From assembly GCA_963752595.1 (NCBI GenBank), contig CAVVYZ010000008.1, forward strand, positions 1 to 64,000: a stretch of 64,000 nt of DNA. The letters are read 5' to 3'. Source of the DNA: an uncultured delta proteobacterium. GTDB lineage: Bacteria > Desulfobacterota > Desulfomonilia > UBA1062. Both the position numbers and the translations under genes were made by a program. The notes below the pieces were generated by a model. That model saw only the letters and a program-made list of their open reading frames with translations. It was not told where the DNA came from and ran no database searches. Numbering within the stretch: the first letter of the stretch is position 1; every line of letters starts with the position of its first letter. Of the stretch, positions 63,000-64,000 are shown in pieces.

Positions 63000-64000
63000 A
63001 TGGCAAAAAAATACGTATATCTCTTTGGAGGCAGGGGAACAAAGGCCGAGGGCGGTGCAGATATGAAGGACATCCTCGGCGGCAAAGGCGCGAACCTCGC
63101 CGAAATGACCAATCTGGGGATCCCGGTTCCCCCCGGTTTTTCAATCTCAACGGAAATGTGTGCCGTATACTATGAATCGAAAGGGCTGCCCAAAGAGCTC
63201 AAGACCCAGGTAAAAGATGCCATTAAGAAGGTCGAGCGCATCATGGGTCTCGGGTACGGCGATACTGAAGCCCCTCTCCTGTTTTCCGTACGTTCCGGTG
63301 CACGGGCATCCATGCCCGGCATGATGGATACGGTCCTCAATCTGGGTCTCAATGACGAGACCGTCCACGGGCTGATCAAGATGAGCGGGAATGAGCGATT
63401 TGCCTGGGACTGCTACCGCCGCTTCGTCCAGATGTACTCCGATGTCGTCATGGGTGCGGATTCCCATGTCCTTGAAGAAGAGCTCGAGAAAATGAAGCAC
63501 AAGAAGAAGGTCAAGCTCGATACAGAGCTTTCTGCTGCAGACCTGAAAAAGCTCGTGGGGACATTGAAGGAAAAAGTGAAGGATCTGACGGGCCACGACC
63601 TGCCCTCCGACCCCATGGATCAGCTCTGGGGAGGCATCGAGGCCGTGTTCAAATCCTGGGATACCCCCCGGGCCATCACCTACCGCAAACTGAACAACAT
63701 TCCGGATGAATGGGGAACCGCAGTCAACGTCCAGGCCATGGTGTTCGGAAACATGGGCGACTACTCCGCCACAGGGGTCGCCTTCACCCGCGATCCCTCC
63801 ACCGGCGCGAGGATCTTCTTCGGCGAATATCTCCAGAACGCACAGGGCGAGGACGTGGTCGCCGGCATACGGACCCCGATGCCCATCAACAAAAAAGGCA
63901 AACGGGAAAAATCCCACGTTTCCATGGAAGAGGCCTTGCCCGACCAGTACAATCAGCTCGTTGACATCTACGAGACCCTTGAAAAGCACTACAAGGACAT
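63000..64000 (+). CDS. ppdK: Pyruvate, phosphate dikinase, 3'-partial
   Basis: ATG at 63000: [58 protein letters not shown]; runs off the window. Confidence 0.95.
   Translation, partial: MAKKYVYLFGGRGTKAEGGADMKDILGGKGANLAEMTNLGIPVPPGFSISTEMCAVYYESKGLPKELKTQVKDAIKKVERIMGLGYGDTEAPLLFSVRSGARASMPGMMDTVLNLGLNDETVHGLIKMSGNERFAWDCYRRFVQMYSDVVMGADSHVLEEELEKMKHKKKVKLDTELSAADLKKLVGTLKEKVKDLTGHDLPSDPMDQLWGGIEAVFKSWDTPRAITYRKLNNIPDEWGTAVNVQAMVFGNMGDYSATGVAFTRDPSTGARIFFGEYLQNAQGEDVVAGIRTPMPINKKGKREKSHVSMEEALPDQYNQLVDIYETLEKHYKD

Noticed and set aside
63147-63989. 280-aa minus-strand ORF
   Set aside because: Antisense shadow of ppdK, which the ORF track omits because it runs off the window
1-64000. CRISPR arrays, tRNA/rRNA genes, prophage or IS elements
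   Set aside because: No spaced direct repeats, cloverleaf or rRNA signatures, or transposase/phage genes were seen; intergenic gaps are short

Overview
Bacterial sequence made of two compositionally different parts joined abruptly at ~5391. Bases 1-~5391 are very GC-rich (actinobacterial-like codon style) and carry a sugar/polyol catabolic run: GH65 phosphorylase, aldose 1-epimerase, FGGY kinase and a truncated G1P-dehydrogenase-like gene. Bases ~5392-64000 are of moderate GC and look like the chromosome of an anaerobic Desulfobacterota/deltaproteobacterium (inferred from gene content). This part holds glucosylglycerate synthesis genes, leuA with a complete Leu-leader attenuator, a TetR-controlled lipid-like catabolic operon with two operators, tilS-mfd-surA-uvrA, two orphan substrate-binding proteins, an aminotransferase plus kinase-like pair, the rpsP-khpA-rimM-trmD-rplS-rnhB-yraN cluster, an ACP/acyl-ligase/amidotransferase/NadE-like/deacetylase cluster, class III RNR (nrdD with tandem NrdR boxes, nrdG) interleaved with PAS hybrid kinases, moxR-DUF58-transglutaminase, lptFG and the 5' part of ppdK. 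Many genes are split by 1-nt indels, most likely long-read errors. I saw no rRNA, tRNA, CRISPR array, integrase or transposase. The most notable unexplained signals are a 97-bp near-perfect inverted copy of the mfd helicase motif II region upstream of mfd, a 67-bp 5' module duplicated at the starts of tilS and mfd, a cryptic kinase-fold protein paired with a class III PLP enzyme, and an ACP-linked NadE paralog cluster. All family assignments are by eye from motifs; no database search was run.
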